A stretch of DNA of 63,877 nt from an uncultured Alphaproteobacteria bacterium (GTDB lineage: Bacteria > Pseudomonadota > Alphaproteobacteria > CAAHEQ01 > UBA3637): the NCBI GenBank assembly GCA_937888725.1, contig CALARE010000092.1, positions 1 to 63,877 on the forward strand, in the 5' to 3' direction. How positions within the stretch are numbered: position 1 is the stretch's first letter; the number at the start of each line of letters is the position of its first letter. The position numbers and the translations under genes are program-made. The notes beneath the pieces were generated by a model that made no database searches, had not been told where the DNA came from, and was given only the letters and a program-made list of their open reading frames with translations. Below, in pieces: positions 17,989 through 28,355 of the stretch.

Positions 17989-20805
17989 ATGCGGCTATCA
18001 TTACTATTAAAAAAGGCAAAAATTGCATTTAAAACTCAAGTAGATTTTGATGTGAAAGGGATATCTTCAAATTCAAAAGAAATAGCAGAAGATTATATCT
18101 TTGTTCCTCTAAAAGGTGAAAAATCAGATGGTGCACTTTTTATAGAGGAAGCTGTTTCTTCAGGGGCAAAGGTTATTATCGCTGATAGGGAGATAACAAC
18201 AAATGTTCCTGTTATTAAAGTTGATAATTCAAGGGAAACTTTAGCACGCTTATCTTATCTATTATATCCAAGTGAAGATGTTCAAAAATTGGCCGTTACT
18301 GGCACGAATGGAAAGACATCTATTGCATTTTTTACACAGCAATTGCTTGAAAAAATGTCTTGTAAAACAGCGAGCATTGGTACATTAGGTGTGTATGTAA
18401 ATGGGAAACTTGAAAAAGGACAAATGACGACTCCTGATTGTGTGACACTTGCTAAAAAATTAAATTCTCTTAATGCGGAAAAATGTCAGGCTGCAGTGAT
18501 GGAGGCTTCAAGTCATGGTTTGGACCAAAAAAGATTAGATGGTTTAAAATTTAAATCTGCAGGATTTAGTAATTTGACTAGAGATCATCTCGATTATCAT
18601 GGTTCAATGGAGGATTATTTCAAATCAAAATTACGTTTGTTTGAGAGTTTGTTGGCTGATGATGGATTGGCAGTGTTGAATGCGGATGAGGCTGAATTTG
18701 ATGCTATTCGATCTATTTGTTTTAAAAGAAAAATATCTGTTTTTTCTTATGGTTATTGTGGTTTTGATTTAAAAATTGAGCAGTTGCAGGCATTACCAGA
18801 TGGACAATTATTAACACTTAGACACGGTAAAGTGGTGCGTGATATCAAATTGAATGTGTTTGGGTCTTTTCAAGCGTTGAATCTATTGTGTGCTGTTGGT
18901 ATGGCATCTTCACTTGGATATGATGTTGAACGGTTATTGTCATATTTGCCACAATTGAAAGCTCCTAAAGGTAGATTGGATTTAGTTGCGACAAAAAATG
19001 GTGGAAATATATTCGTAGATTATGCCCATACGCCTGATGCGGTTAAAAATGTATTGATGAGTTTACGCCCACATACAAAAGGACGTTTAATCGTTGTGAT
19101 GGGGTGTGGTGGAAATAGAGATACTGGAAAGCGTAGCCTAATGGGAGCCATTGCAAATGAGTTAGCTGATGTTGTTTATATAACGGATGATAATCCACGT
19201 TTTGAAGATTCATCCTTGATACGAAAAAGCATTAAGGATGCTTGTCCAAAGGGTATTGAAATAGCGGATAGACGAGAAGCAATTTGTCAAGCTGTTAAGT
19301 TACTAAAAAATGGGGATACATTGGTTGTTTGTGGTAAGGGGCATGAAACAGGTCAGCTCATTGAGGGGGTATCTTTTCCTTTTGATGATACAGCTGAAGT
19401 TTTGATGGCGGTCAATACACAAAAAGACAAACCAATATGGGATAATTTATCTATTAAAAAAGCTCTTGGGGTTGATACCATTGATTCGTTGGCTATAAGT
19501 GGTATTTCAATTGATACAAGAACGCTTAATCCTGGTGATTTGTTTATAGCACTTAAAGGAGAAAAATTAGATGGTCATCAATTTGTAGCCATGGCTGTTG
19601 AAAAAGGTGCCAGTGCTTGTTTGGTTGATCATTTAATTGATGGCGTTCAAAAAGAAAGACAAATTGTTGTATCTAATACCTTAAAAGCACTTCATCAAAT
19701 GGCGTCTTATGCAAGAAAACAAAGTAAGGCTATTTTTATTGGAATTACAGGTAGCTCGGGAAAAACAACAACAAAAGAAATGCTGAAAACTTGCTTAGAA
19801 ACGCAAGGTATTGTTGGTGCAACAAAGGGGAATTTTAATAATGAGCTTGGCGTACCAATCACATTGGCAAGTTTGCCTGTTGATGCTAAATATGCAATTA
19901 TTGAAATGGGCATGAATCATCAAGGTGAAATTTCAAAATTGACACAAATGGTTAAACCAGATGTTAGTGTTATCACGATGATTGGAACTGCACATCAAGA
20001 ATTTTTTAAATCATCAAAAGAGATTGCTTTAGCAAAAGCTGAAATTTTTGATGGACAAAGAGCTGGAACTTTTGCAATTTTAAATAAAAATTCTCTTTAT
20101 TATGATATATTGGCTGAAAAAGCACATGAAAAAGATTTAAAAATCATATCGTTTGGTGAAACTGATAGTGCAGATATTTATATTAAAAGGTATGAAATAT
20201 CTGATATGTGCAAAATAAAGATGAGTTATAAAAATCAAGATTATAATTATCAGATTCATTTTTTAGGTAAGCATTTTGCAATGAACTCGCTGGCTGTTTT
20301 AGCGGCTGTGGATGCTGTAAATATTCATGTTTTTGAAGTATTAGATGCCATTAGCCAAACAAAACCTATTGCTGGTAGAGGGTTAATGAAAAAGGTGAGT
20401 TTGCCAACAGGTGAAGAAATAACATTAATAGATGATTGTTATAATGCTAATCCAAGTTCAATGCAGGCTTCTTTAAACGTACTCGGCTCTCAAATGGGTG
20501 GAAGACGAATTGCTGTTTTAGGGCAAATGATGGAATTGGGTGATAGTGCTGCAAAAATGCATGCTGATTTGCTTCATTTTATACTCAAAAATAAAATTGA
20601 TAAAGTTTTTACTGTTGGTTGTTTGATGAAGCATTTATATGATATTTTGCCGTCATCAATAAGAGGAAAACACGTTGAAACAGTACAGGAATTAATAAGA
20701 GTTTTGCCCTCAAAATTAATCGAAAATGATATTGTGTTGGTTAAAGGCTCTAACTCTGTTGGTTTAAATAAAATTGTTAACTTGTTTAATAATAGTGCTA
20801 TTTAG
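17989..20805 (+). CDS. murE/murF: Fused MurE-MurF: UDP-MurNAc-L-Ala-D-Glu--2,6-diaminopimelate ligase fused to UDP-MurNAc-tripeptide--D-Ala-D-Ala ligase
   Basis: One 938-aa ORF holds two complete Mur ligase units. The first has GTNGKTS, SSHGL and the MurE-type DDNPR. The second starts around aa 483 with GITGSSGKTTTKE, EMGMNHQGE and DDCYNANP. Confidence 0.9.
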   Translation: MRLSLLLKKAKIAFKTQVDFDVKGISSNSKEIAEDYIFVPLKGEKSDGALFIEEAVSSGAKVIIADREITTNVPVIKVDNSRETLARLSYLLYPSEDVQKLAVTGTNGKTSIAFFTQQLLEKMSCKTASIGTLGVYVNGKLEKGQMTTPDCVTLAKKLNSLNAEKCQAAVMEASSHGLDQKRLDGLKFKSAGFSNLTRDHLDYHGSMEDYFKSKLRLFESLLADDGLAVLNADEAEFDAIRSICFKRKISVFSYGYCGFDLKIEQLQALPDGQLLTLRHGKVVRDIKLNVFGSFQALNLLCAVGMASSLGYDVERLLSYLPQLKAPKGRLDLVATKNGGNIFVDYAHTPDAVKNVLMSLRPHTKGRLIVVMGCGGNRDTGKRSLMGAIANELADVVYITDDNPRFEDSSLIRKSIKDACPKGIEIADRREAICQAVKLLKNGDTLVVCGKGHETGQLIEGVSFPFDDTAEVLMAVNTQKDKPIWDNLSIKKALGVDTIDSLAISGISIDTRTLNPGDLFIALKGEKLDGHQFVAMAVEKGASACLVDHLIDGVQKERQIVVSNTLKALHQMASYARKQSKAIFIGITGSSGKTTTKEMLKTCLETQGIVGATKGNFNNELGVPITLASLPVDAKYAIIEMGMNHQGEISKLTQMVKPDVSVITMIGTAHQEFFKSSKEIALAKAEIFDGQRAGTFAILNKNSLYYDILAEKAHEKDLKIISFGETDSADIYIKRYEISDMCKIKMSYKNQDYNYQIHFLGKHFAMNSLAVLAAVDAVNIHVFEVLDAISQTKPIAGRGLMKKVSLPTGEEITLIDDCYNANPSSMQASLNVLGSQMGGRRIAVLGQMMELGDSAAKMHADLLHFILKNKIDKVFTVGCLMKHLYDILPSSIRGKHVETVQELIRVLPSKLIENDIVLVKGSNSVGLNKIVNLFNNSAI

Positions 20806-20817
20806 TAGGAGAAAAGA

Positions 20818-21900
20818 ATGTTGTATTTATTATCACTGTTGTCGGATAAATTAAGTGTTTTGAATATTTTTAAGTATATTACATTTCGTACAGGTGGTGC
20901 ACTTGCAACATCATTTATTATTATGATTATTTGTGGACCTGCGTTTATTCGTTGGTTAAAGCAAAAACAAGGGGAGGGGCAACCCATTAGAACAGATGGT
21001 CCAGAAACACATTTTAAAAAAAGAGGAACGCCTTGTATGGGGGGATTATTAATTATTGTTGCTATATTAATCTCAGCCTTATTATGGGCACAGTTGACAA
21101 ATCCATACATATGGGTCCTTGTTTTTGTTTTGTCGGGGTTTGGGTTGGCTGGTTTTTTTGATGATTATAAAAAACTAACACAAAACAGTTCAAAAGGCAT
21201 TTCTGCAAAACATAAATTAATGTTGCAATTTTTTATCAGTTTGATTGCTTGTGTTGCGATGATTTGTCTTGAAAAAGGGCCAATGGGTACAACCTTGACT
21301 ATTCCATTTTTTAAAGAGGCTTCTATTGACTTAATGTATTTTTATATTCCATTTGTTTTGCTTGTGATGGTTGGTAGCTCAAATGCCGTCAATTTAACAG
21401 ATGGTTTAGATGGATTAGTTTCATTGCCTGTTATTATGTGCTGTTTTGTTTTTATGGTGATTGCATATTTGGTAGGTAGAGTTGATTACAGTACATATTT
21501 ACACATCCATTATGTCGCAAATGCTGGTGAAATGGCTGTTTTTTGTGGTGCAGTTATTGGGGCCACACTTGGCTTTTTATGGTTTAATGCACATCCAGCA
21601 CAAGTCTTTATGGGAGATACAGGATCATTAGCTTTGGGGGGTGTTTTAGGAGCTTTAAGTGTTGCGACAAAACAAGAGTTATTATTGGCGATTGCTGGTG
21701 GTATTTTTGTGGCAGAGGCACTCTCTGATATTATACAAGTTGGGTCTTATAAATTAAGAAAAAAACGCGTTTTCTTAATGGCACCATTGCATCATCATTT
21801 TGAAAAGAAGGGCTGGTCAGAAACAACAGTTGTTGTTCGATTTTGGATTATTTCAGTTCTTTTGGCAATTATTGCTTTATCAACCTTAAAAATTCGATAG
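20818..21900 (+). CDS. mraY: Phospho-N-acetylmuramoyl-pentapeptide transferase
   Basis: NAVNLTDGLDGL, FMGDTGSLALGG, APLHHHFE. Confidence 0.97.
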   Translation: MLYLLSLLSDKLSVLNIFKYITFRTGGALATSFIIMIICGPAFIRWLKQKQGEGQPIRTDGPETHFKKRGTPCMGGLLIIVAILISALLWAQLTNPYIWVLVFVLSGFGLAGFFDDYKKLTQNSSKGISAKHKLMLQFFISLIACVAMICLEKGPMGTTLTIPFFKEASIDLMYFYIPFVLLVMVGSSNAVNLTDGLDGLVSLPVIMCCFVFMVIAYLVGRVDYSTYLHIHYVANAGEMAVFCGAVIGATLGFLWFNAHPAQVFMGDTGSLALGGVLGALSVATKQELLLAIAGGIFVAEALSDIIQVGSYKLRKKRVFLMAPLHHHFEKKGWSETTVVVRFWIISVLLAIIALSTLKIR

Positions 21901-21909
21901 GAGCAACAA

Positions 21910-23037
21910 ATGGCAAAGCTTTTTAATCGAGCAAGAAGTTTTATTTCAGAGCGGTTTCGTGATATTAATCGCCAGTTGCTTTATGGAGCTGCGATTTTGA
22001 TATTATACGGCATTTTTTTGATTTTTGCGGCGAGTCCAGGAGTTGCTTATCGAACAAATAGAGAAACATTTTATTTTATTAATCGGCAACTTGTTTTCTT
22101 GTTTCCTGCTATTTTAGTCTTATTTACAACAGCTTTTTTATCGTTTCAACAAATTAGACGGTTATCTTTTTTGGTACTGGTTGGTTCATTAATTTGTATG
22201 ATTTATGTTGTTTTATTTGGAACAGAAATACAAGGGGCAAAAAGATGGTTAAATTTTGTTGGTGTTGGGTTGCAACCATCTGAGTTTGCAAAGCCTTCAT
22301 TCGCGGTTGTAAGTGCTTGGTTGCTGGCTTCTGGGCGGTTGATTAAGCAATTTCCTGGGTATATTTTATCAATTATTTTATATGCGTTTGTCGCACTTTT
22401 ACTTCTTTGCCAACCTGATATTGGTATGCTTGCAACAGTTACTGGTATGTTTGGCGTTCAATTATTTTTGTCAGGTATCCCAATGATGCTGGTTTTAGTA
22501 TTAGGTGGTGGTGTTATTTCATTAGCCGTATTTGCGTATTTTACATTTGACCATGTTCATACGCGTGTTAATCGATTTTTTAATCCCATAGAGGGACAAG
22601 AAGCGTATCAAGTTGAAAAGTCGATGGAAACACTTCAAAATGCTGGTTGGTTTGGTAAAGGCCCAGGTGAAGGAATCGTGAAATATGAACTTCCAGATGC
22701 ACATACAGATTTTATTTTGGCGGTTTCTGCTGAGGAATTTGGTTTTATCTTAACAGCTTTGCTTGTTTGTGTATTTGCGTTTATTGTTTTGAAAGGGTTT
22801 CGTATTCTTCGTCAAACAAATAATCATTTTTGTCAAATTGCCGTTGCAGGACTGTTGACACAAATTGCAATTCAAGCTATTGTGAATATGGGGTCAACAT
22901 TAAATATGTTGCCAACAAAAGGAATGACCTTGCCATTTATTTCATATGGTGGATCTTCTTTGGTATCGATTGGGTTTGCGTTTGGTATAATTTTGGGTTT
23001 AACAAGATGTCATACGCTTTCTCGTGGGTTGGAGTAA
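21910..23037 (+). CDS. ftsW: SEDS peptidoglycan polymerase FtsW
   Basis: QPSEFAKP, QPDIGM, LPTKGMTLPFISYGGSS; starts 9 nt after mraY. Confidence 0.9.
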   Translation: MAKLFNRARSFISERFRDINRQLLYGAAILILYGIFLIFAASPGVAYRTNRETFYFINRQLVFLFPAILVLFTTAFLSFQQIRRLSFLVLVGSLICMIYVVLFGTEIQGAKRWLNFVGVGLQPSEFAKPSFAVVSAWLLASGRLIKQFPGYILSIILYAFVALLLLCQPDIGMLATVTGMFGVQLFLSGIPMMLVLVLGGGVISLAVFAYFTFDHVHTRVNRFFNPIEGQEAYQVEKSMETLQNAGWFGKGPGEGIVKYELPDAHTDFILAVSAEEFGFILTALLVCVFAFIVLKGFRILRQTNNHFCQIAVAGLLTQIAIQAIVNMGSTLNMLPTKGMTLPFISYGGSSLVSIGFAFGIILGLTRCHTLSRGLE

Positions 23038-23058
23038 TTAGACGAAAGGATATATAAA

Positions 23059-24201
23059 ATGGGACATAAACGTTTTAGAAATAAGGATAAAAAATCTCAC
23101 GAAAAGCAATTTAAAAAAGCCCCCCTTGTTGTTGTAACAACAGGTGGCAGTGGTGGACATATTTTCCCTGCCGAAGCAATTTGTGGAGCTTTGATACAAA
23201 AAGGGTATCAAGTTGCTTTTGTAACCGATAAAAGAGGAAAGACCTTTGCCTCATTGCCTGGGGTTCAAACATATAAATTGATGTCTGAAGCTGTAGCAAG
23301 AAGAACTTTTTTTAATAAAATCATTGCTGTTATAAAATTATTTTTTGGTGCGGCACAAGCACTTCGGTTATTACAAAAATTAAAACCTGAGGCGGTTATT
23401 GGGGTTGGCGGTTATGCATCTTTTCCAGCTGTTTTGGCAGCACATTTATGGGGAATACCTGTCGTTTTGCATGAACAAAATGCTGTTTTGGGACGTGCTA
23501 ATCGTATTTTAGCAAAGGGTTCTCGTTTAATTGCAACCTCATTTAGTCCAACAAAAAGAGTCCCAGCAAATTTAAAGCAGTTGCGTGTGGGAATGCCTGC
23601 TCGACATAAGATTTTAGAAAAGGAACATTCCTCTTATCCACCTCATGAAGATACCTTTCATTTGCTTGTTTTTGGGGGAAGCCAAGGAGCCTCTTTCTTT
23701 AGTAGAATATTTCCCGAAGTATTGTTGCAGTTACCTGAGGAGTTGAAAAAGAAATTGGTTTTGACACAACAGGCTCGTCCTGAAGATTTGGAATATGTGC
23801 GGGCAATATATAAAGGTCAACCATTTGTAAAGGTTACAGTTGAATCTTTCTTTGACAATATGCCAGAATTATTAGCTGATTCTAATTTGATTGTATCAAG
23901 AGGCGGTGCCTCAACGATTACAGAGTTGGAAGTCATTGGGCGTCCTGCAATGATTGTGCCGTTACCCACAGCAGCAGATGATCATCAAACAGAAAATGCG
24001 GCTCAGTTTTGTGACAGTGGAGCAGGGTGGTTAATTCCTGAAAAAGGATTTAATTCCTTGCGTGTTGCTGAAAGGCTTGCATGTTTAATGACAAATAAAG
24101 ATGAATTAACAATTGCGGCAAAACAAGCATATAATCGAGCTATGCCAAAAGCTGCTGAAATGATTGTTGATGCTGTGACAAATATTATTGAAAAAAAGTA
24201 G
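23059..24201 (+). CDS. murG: UDP-GlcNAc--MurNAc-(pentapeptide)-PP-undecaprenol GlcNAc transferase
   Basis: TTGGSGGHIFPA, FGGSQGA, SRGGASTITEL, DDHQTENA. Confidence 0.95.
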   Translation: MGHKRFRNKDKKSHEKQFKKAPLVVVTTGGSGGHIFPAEAICGALIQKGYQVAFVTDKRGKTFASLPGVQTYKLMSEAVARRTFFNKIIAVIKLFFGAAQALRLLQKLKPEAVIGVGGYASFPAVLAAHLWGIPVVLHEQNAVLGRANRILAKGSRLIATSFSPTKRVPANLKQLRVGMPARHKILEKEHSSYPPHEDTFHLLVFGGSQGASFFSRIFPEVLLQLPEELKKKLVLTQQARPEDLEYVRAIYKGQPFVKVTVESFFDNMPELLADSNLIVSRGGASTITELEVIGRPAMIVPLPTAADDHQTENAAQFCDSGAGWLIPEKGFNSLRVAERLACLMTNKDELTIAAKQAYNRAMPKAAEMIVDAVTNIIEKK

Positions 24202-24216
24202 TCTAGGAAGTTGAAA

Positions 24217-25611
24217 ATGAAATTATCTTGTCCGTTAAAAAAGATTCATTTTATTGGGATTGGTGGTATTGGTATGAGTGCAATTGCTGAAATGCTTGAT
24301 GATTTGGGCCTTTCAGTACAAGGTTCCGATTCAAAAGAAAGTGCCAATACAATGCGTGTTCGTAAAAGTGGGATTCCTGTTTTTATCGGACATAGAAAAG
24401 AAAATTTAAAAGGTGTTGATGCCGTTGTCATTTCAAGTGCGATAAAACCTGATAATCCAGAGTTGGAAGAAGCAAGAAAGCTGGGCATCCCTGTTGGTCA
24501 TCGTTCAGAAATGTTGGCTGAAATTTTAAATTATAAACGTAGTATTTGTATCTCAGGAACGCATGGAAAAACAACAACATCTTCATTGTTGGCGAGTATT
24601 TTAATGCAGGCAAAAATGAATCCCAGCTTTGTTATTGGTGGGATTTTAAATTCCCAGTCATCAAATGCAAGATTAGGAAAAGGGGATTATGTTGTTGTTG
24701 AAGCAGATGAATCCGACGGTTCTTTTTTGAAGTTGCCAACAACGATAAGTATCGTAACAAATATTGACCCAGAACATATGGATCATTACAAAACATTTGA
24801 TAATATGAAAAAAGCGTACGAGCTTTTTATAAAAAATACAGCTTTTTATGGATTTTCCGTTGTTTGTACTGATCATCAGGTTGTTAGAGAGGTTATTTCA
24901 GAAATTGAGACGAGACGCATTATTTCTTATGGCTTAAATAAAGCCGCTGATGTGCATGCTGACCATATAAGAACAACTAAAAATGGGATTATGTTTGATG
25001 TTTTTGTGCGTCATGATAATAAATTTAAAAAGATAAAAGATGTAAAGCTTGCAATGTTTGGAAAACATAACGTGCTAAATGCATTGGCAGCCATTGCGGT
25101 GGCTTTAAGATTAGGGATTAAAGAAACAGTAATTAAAAAAGCACTTGCCCATTTTGAAGGAATACAACGACGCTTGACTTTAAGAGGGTGCTTGTCAAAT
25201 GTGAATATCTATGACGATTACGCCCATCACCCAATTGAAATTGCAGCAACATTAAAAGCTGTCAAAGAATCGATACAAGGCAAAATTGTAGCTGTGTTTC
25301 AACCGCATCGCTATACTAGATTTCGTGATTTATGGGATGAATTTTTAACTTGTTTTGACTCGGCGGATGAAGTTTATGTGATGGATGTTTATGGGGCAGG
25401 CGAATCATTGATTGCGGGAGTAACAGCACCTTCATTTGCAGAGGTATTGAACGCAAAAGGGAAAAAAGTATTCTATATGCCGACAATTGAGAGTGTTAAG
25501 ACAATTGTACACAATTTAACAAAAGAAGATGCAATTGTTTGTTTGGGTGCTGGTTCAATTTCATCTGAAATTACGCAATTATTAAAAAAAGAGAAAGGAC
25601 TTAAAAAATAA
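24217..25611 (+). CDS. murC: UDP-N-acetylmuramate--L-alanine ligase
   Basis: HFIGIGGIGMSAIAE, GTHGKTTTSS, DDYAHHP. ATG 24217 is preferred over TTG 24211 because AGGAAG ends 6 nt upstream. Confidence 0.95.
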   Translation: MKLSCPLKKIHFIGIGGIGMSAIAEMLDDLGLSVQGSDSKESANTMRVRKSGIPVFIGHRKENLKGVDAVVISSAIKPDNPELEEARKLGIPVGHRSEMLAEILNYKRSICISGTHGKTTTSSLLASILMQAKMNPSFVIGGILNSQSSNARLGKGDYVVVEADESDGSFLKLPTTISIVTNIDPEHMDHYKTFDNMKKAYELFIKNTAFYGFSVVCTDHQVVREVISEIETRRIISYGLNKAADVHADHIRTTKNGIMFDVFVRHDNKFKKIKDVKLAMFGKHNVLNALAAIAVALRLGIKETVIKKALAHFEGIQRRLTLRGCLSNVNIYDDYAHHPIEIAATLKAVKESIQGKIVAVFQPHRYTRFRDLWDEFLTCFDSADEVYVMDVYGAGESLIAGVTAPSFAEVLNAKGKKVFYMPTIESVKTIVHNLTKEDAIVCLGAGSISSEITQLLKKEKGLKK

Positions 25612-26564
25612 TGTGTAAAGGTTTTTTTAATCGTATTTGGAAAAGAAAAAATCAATTCCCATCTATTGAAAAGTCTTTGCCAGCTGTTCGTGGTAAATTA
25701 TCTTTCAATGAACCATTATCCAAAAAAAATTGGTTTGGTGTTGGTGGGGATGCACAAGTTTATTTTGAACCGCAAGATATTGCAGATTTAAAGTCCTTTG
25801 TTATGCAATTAAATGGTATTCCTATAACTGTTTTAGGTGCGGGGAGTAATGTTTTAATCAGAGATGGTGGCATTCCTGGTGTTACTATTCGCTTAGGCAA
25901 AAACTTTTCTAAAGTAGAGGTTGAAGACAACAAACTTATCTGTAAAGCAGGAGCTCTTGTTATGGAGGTTTCTCGCATTGCTGAAAAAAATTGCATCAGC
26001 GGATTTGAATTTTTATGTGGTATTCCTGGTAGCGTCGGTGGCGGTATTCGCATGAATGCTGGTGCTTATGGCTCCTCTATTCATGACTGTTTAATTTCGT
26101 TAACAGTTTTAACAAAAGAGGGGCAAGTTCAAGTGCTGGACAAAGATGAATTAAAAGATTCTTTTGCTTATCGGAAATGTTATTTGCCAAGTGAGTGGAT
26201 TTTTTTAGAGGCAACGTTTGAAGGAAAGAAAGAAACAGATAACTTGGTTATTCATCAAAAAATGCAAGCCAATAAGCAAAAAAGAGAAGCAGGTCAGCCA
26301 ATCGGTGTGCGTACAGCAGGATCTACTTTTAAAAATCCTGAGGGTATTCCTGCATGGCAATTAATTGAGCGAGCAGGGATGAAAAACGCAAAAGTTGGTG
26401 GTGCGTGTGTGAGTTCAAAGCATGCTAATTTTTTAATTAATACAGGAAAGGCAACGGCTAAGGATATTGAAATGCTGGGTGAGAAAATCCGTCAAACCGT
26501 TTTGGAAAAAGAAGGTATTGCATTGGAGTGGGAAGTTAGAAAATTAGGAGTAGATAATGATTAA
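25611..26564 (+). CDS. murB: UDP-N-acetylenolpyruvoylglucosamine reductase
   Basis: FAD-binding GAGSNVLI, GGIRMNAGAYG, RTAGSTFKNP; 1-nt overlap with the murC stop. Confidence 0.93.
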   Translation: MCKGFFNRIWKRKNQFPSIEKSLPAVRGKLSFNEPLSKKNWFGVGGDAQVYFEPQDIADLKSFVMQLNGIPITVLGAGSNVLIRDGGIPGVTIRLGKNFSKVEVEDNKLICKAGALVMEVSRIAEKNCISGFEFLCGIPGSVGGGIRMNAGAYGSSIHDCLISLTVLTKEGQVQVLDKDELKDSFAYRKCYLPSEWIFLEATFEGKKETDNLVIHQKMQANKQKREAGQPIGVRTAGSTFKNPEGIPAWQLIERAGMKNAKVGGACVSSKHANFLINTGKATAKDIEMLGEKIRQTVLEKEGIALEWEVRKLGVDND

Positions 26565-27549
26565 AAATTTCCCTGCATTAACAAATGATTTAGATAAACA
26601 ATCTATGGATTTTGCTTGTTTGAAAAAAGAAAAATCGCAGTTAAAAAAGAAACATATCCTACTTCTAGCAGGTGGTATTTCTTCTGAAAGAGAGGTTTCG
26701 CTTGAAAGTGCTTGTTGTGTGCGAAAAGCTCTTTGTGAATTAGGATATCAGGTGACTTTTTATGATGTGATGGACAATGTTGAAAATCTTGTTCAAATAA
26801 TAAAAACAGTAAAGCCTGATTGTGTTTTTAATGCTTTACATGGTGGTTGGGGTGAAAATGGCTGTATACAAGCATTTTTAAATATGATGCAAATTCCTTA
26901 TACACATTCGGGTGTTTTAGCTTCAGCTCTTGCTATGAATAAAGATAAAGCAAAACAGATTGCCAAAGGGTTATCCATAGATGTTCCAAATGGGGTTCTG
27001 GTTGATTCTTCTTTTTTTGAAACGAAAGAAAAAACGGATACTCCTTGTGTGATAAAACCAAATCAAGAAGGTTCATCTGTAGGTGTTTATATTTTAAATG
27101 AAGGGGATATTATTCCGCCAGAAATCACAGAAATAAAGCGTCAGTACCTTATTGAGGAATATATTCAGGGGCGAGAACTTTCAGTTGCTGTGATGGATGA
27201 TGGGCCATTAGGTATTATTGAAATTGTCCCCAAAAATGGTTTTTATGATTATGAACATAAATATAAAGATGGAATGACCAGTCATATTGAACCAACCAAT
27301 TTGTCGCTTGAAGTTATGGATAAATTGAGGCATAATGCCTATAAAATGCATCAAGCTTTGGGATGTAAAGGTGTTTCAAGAAGTGACTTTAGATATGATG
27401 AAGAAAGCGGGCGGGTTGTATTTTTAGAATTAAATGCAAATCCAGGGATGACCAATTTATCATTGGTTCCAGAAATGGCATTGCAAAAAGGTATCTCGTA
27501 TCATAAGTTAGTTGATATACTAATCGAAAAGGCGGATTTTGAAAGATGA
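26557..27549 (+). CDS. ddl: D-alanine--D-alanine ligase
   Basis: GGISSEREVSLES, HGGWGENG, NQEGSSVGV, ELNANPGMT. Confidence 0.95.
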   Translation: MIKNFPALTNDLDKQSMDFACLKKEKSQLKKKHILLLAGGISSEREVSLESACCVRKALCELGYQVTFYDVMDNVENLVQIIKTVKPDCVFNALHGGWGENGCIQAFLNMMQIPYTHSGVLASALAMNKDKAKQIAKGLSIDVPNGVLVDSSFFETKEKTDTPCVIKPNQEGSSVGVYILNEGDIIPPEITEIKRQYLIEEYIQGRELSVAVMDDGPLGIIEIVPKNGFYDYEHKYKDGMTSHIEPTNLSLEVMDKLRHNAYKMHQALGCKGVSRSDFRYDEESGRVVFLELNANPGMTNLSLVPEMALQKGISYHKLVDILIEKADFER

Positions 27550-28355
27550 AGAAAAAGAAACAAAAGAAAAAAGTAAATCGTTTTTTAAAGCTGAAACTTT
27601 TATTGTTAGGTGGTTTTATTTTATTATTTTTATTTATGGGTGTGATGTTGTCGCCTTATGGACCAACGGTTAAAAAGGGGATGCTTGTTTTTTCAGATTT
27701 ATGTGTACAAAAAGCACAATTTAATTTAGAACACGTTGTTGTTGAGGGACATATCCGAACTAAAATAGAAGATATTAACCGTCAGTTGCATTTAAAACGC
27801 GGGATGAAAATATTTGAAGTTGATTTGGAACAAGAAAAATCTTCTGTTATGGAGTTGCCGTGGATAAAAACGGTCCGTATTGAACGTCATTTGCCAACAC
27901 AGGTATTAATTAGTTTGACAGAGAAAACCCCTATTGCTATTTGGCAAAATAAACGTAAATATTTCCCGATAGATGAGGAGGGAAATCCAATTTATGATGA
28001 TAAAACCGTTTTGAAAAATTTATTGTTAGTTGTTGGGGAAGATGCCCCAGCACATACGCCAGAATTAATCGCTTTGTTGAAAGAATATCCAGAAATTGGC
28101 GATGTAACAAGATCAGCTGTTAGAGTTGGTAAAAGACGTTGGAATTTATATTTAAATGATGCTGAAAATGGTTTGGAAATTAGGTTACCTGAAACAAATA
28201 TCCGTGCTGCTTTAGAACGGTTAAAAAACTTTAAAAAAGAGGAGGATATTTTGAATAGAGATTTAACAGTAATTGATTTAAAATTACCCGATCGCTTGAT
28301 TGTGAAAAGTGCTGCTCCAATGGAAGAAAGAGGTAAAAATGGCAAAAAAAACTAA
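27546..28355 (+). CDS. ftsQ: Cell division protein FtsQ
   Basis: N-terminal TM helix followed by a POTRA-like region (VVVEGH...); located between ddl and ftsA; ATGA overlap with ddl. Confidence 0.8.
   Translation: MKKKKQKKKVNRFLKLKLLLLGGFILLFLFMGVMLSPYGPTVKKGMLVFSDLCVQKAQFNLEHVVVEGHIRTKIEDINRQLHLKRGMKIFEVDLEQEKSSVMELPWIKTVRIERHLPTQVLISLTEKTPIAIWQNKRKYFPIDEEGNPIYDDKTVLKNLLLVVGEDAPAHTPELIALLKEYPEIGDVTRSAVRVGKRRWNLYLNDAENGLEIRLPETNIRAALERLKNFKKEEDILNRDLTVIDLKLPDRLIVKSAAPMEERGKNGKKN

Noticed and set aside
20802-21110. 102-aa minus-strand ORF overlapping the mraY 5' end
   Set aside because: It is antisense to mraY and has no independent support.
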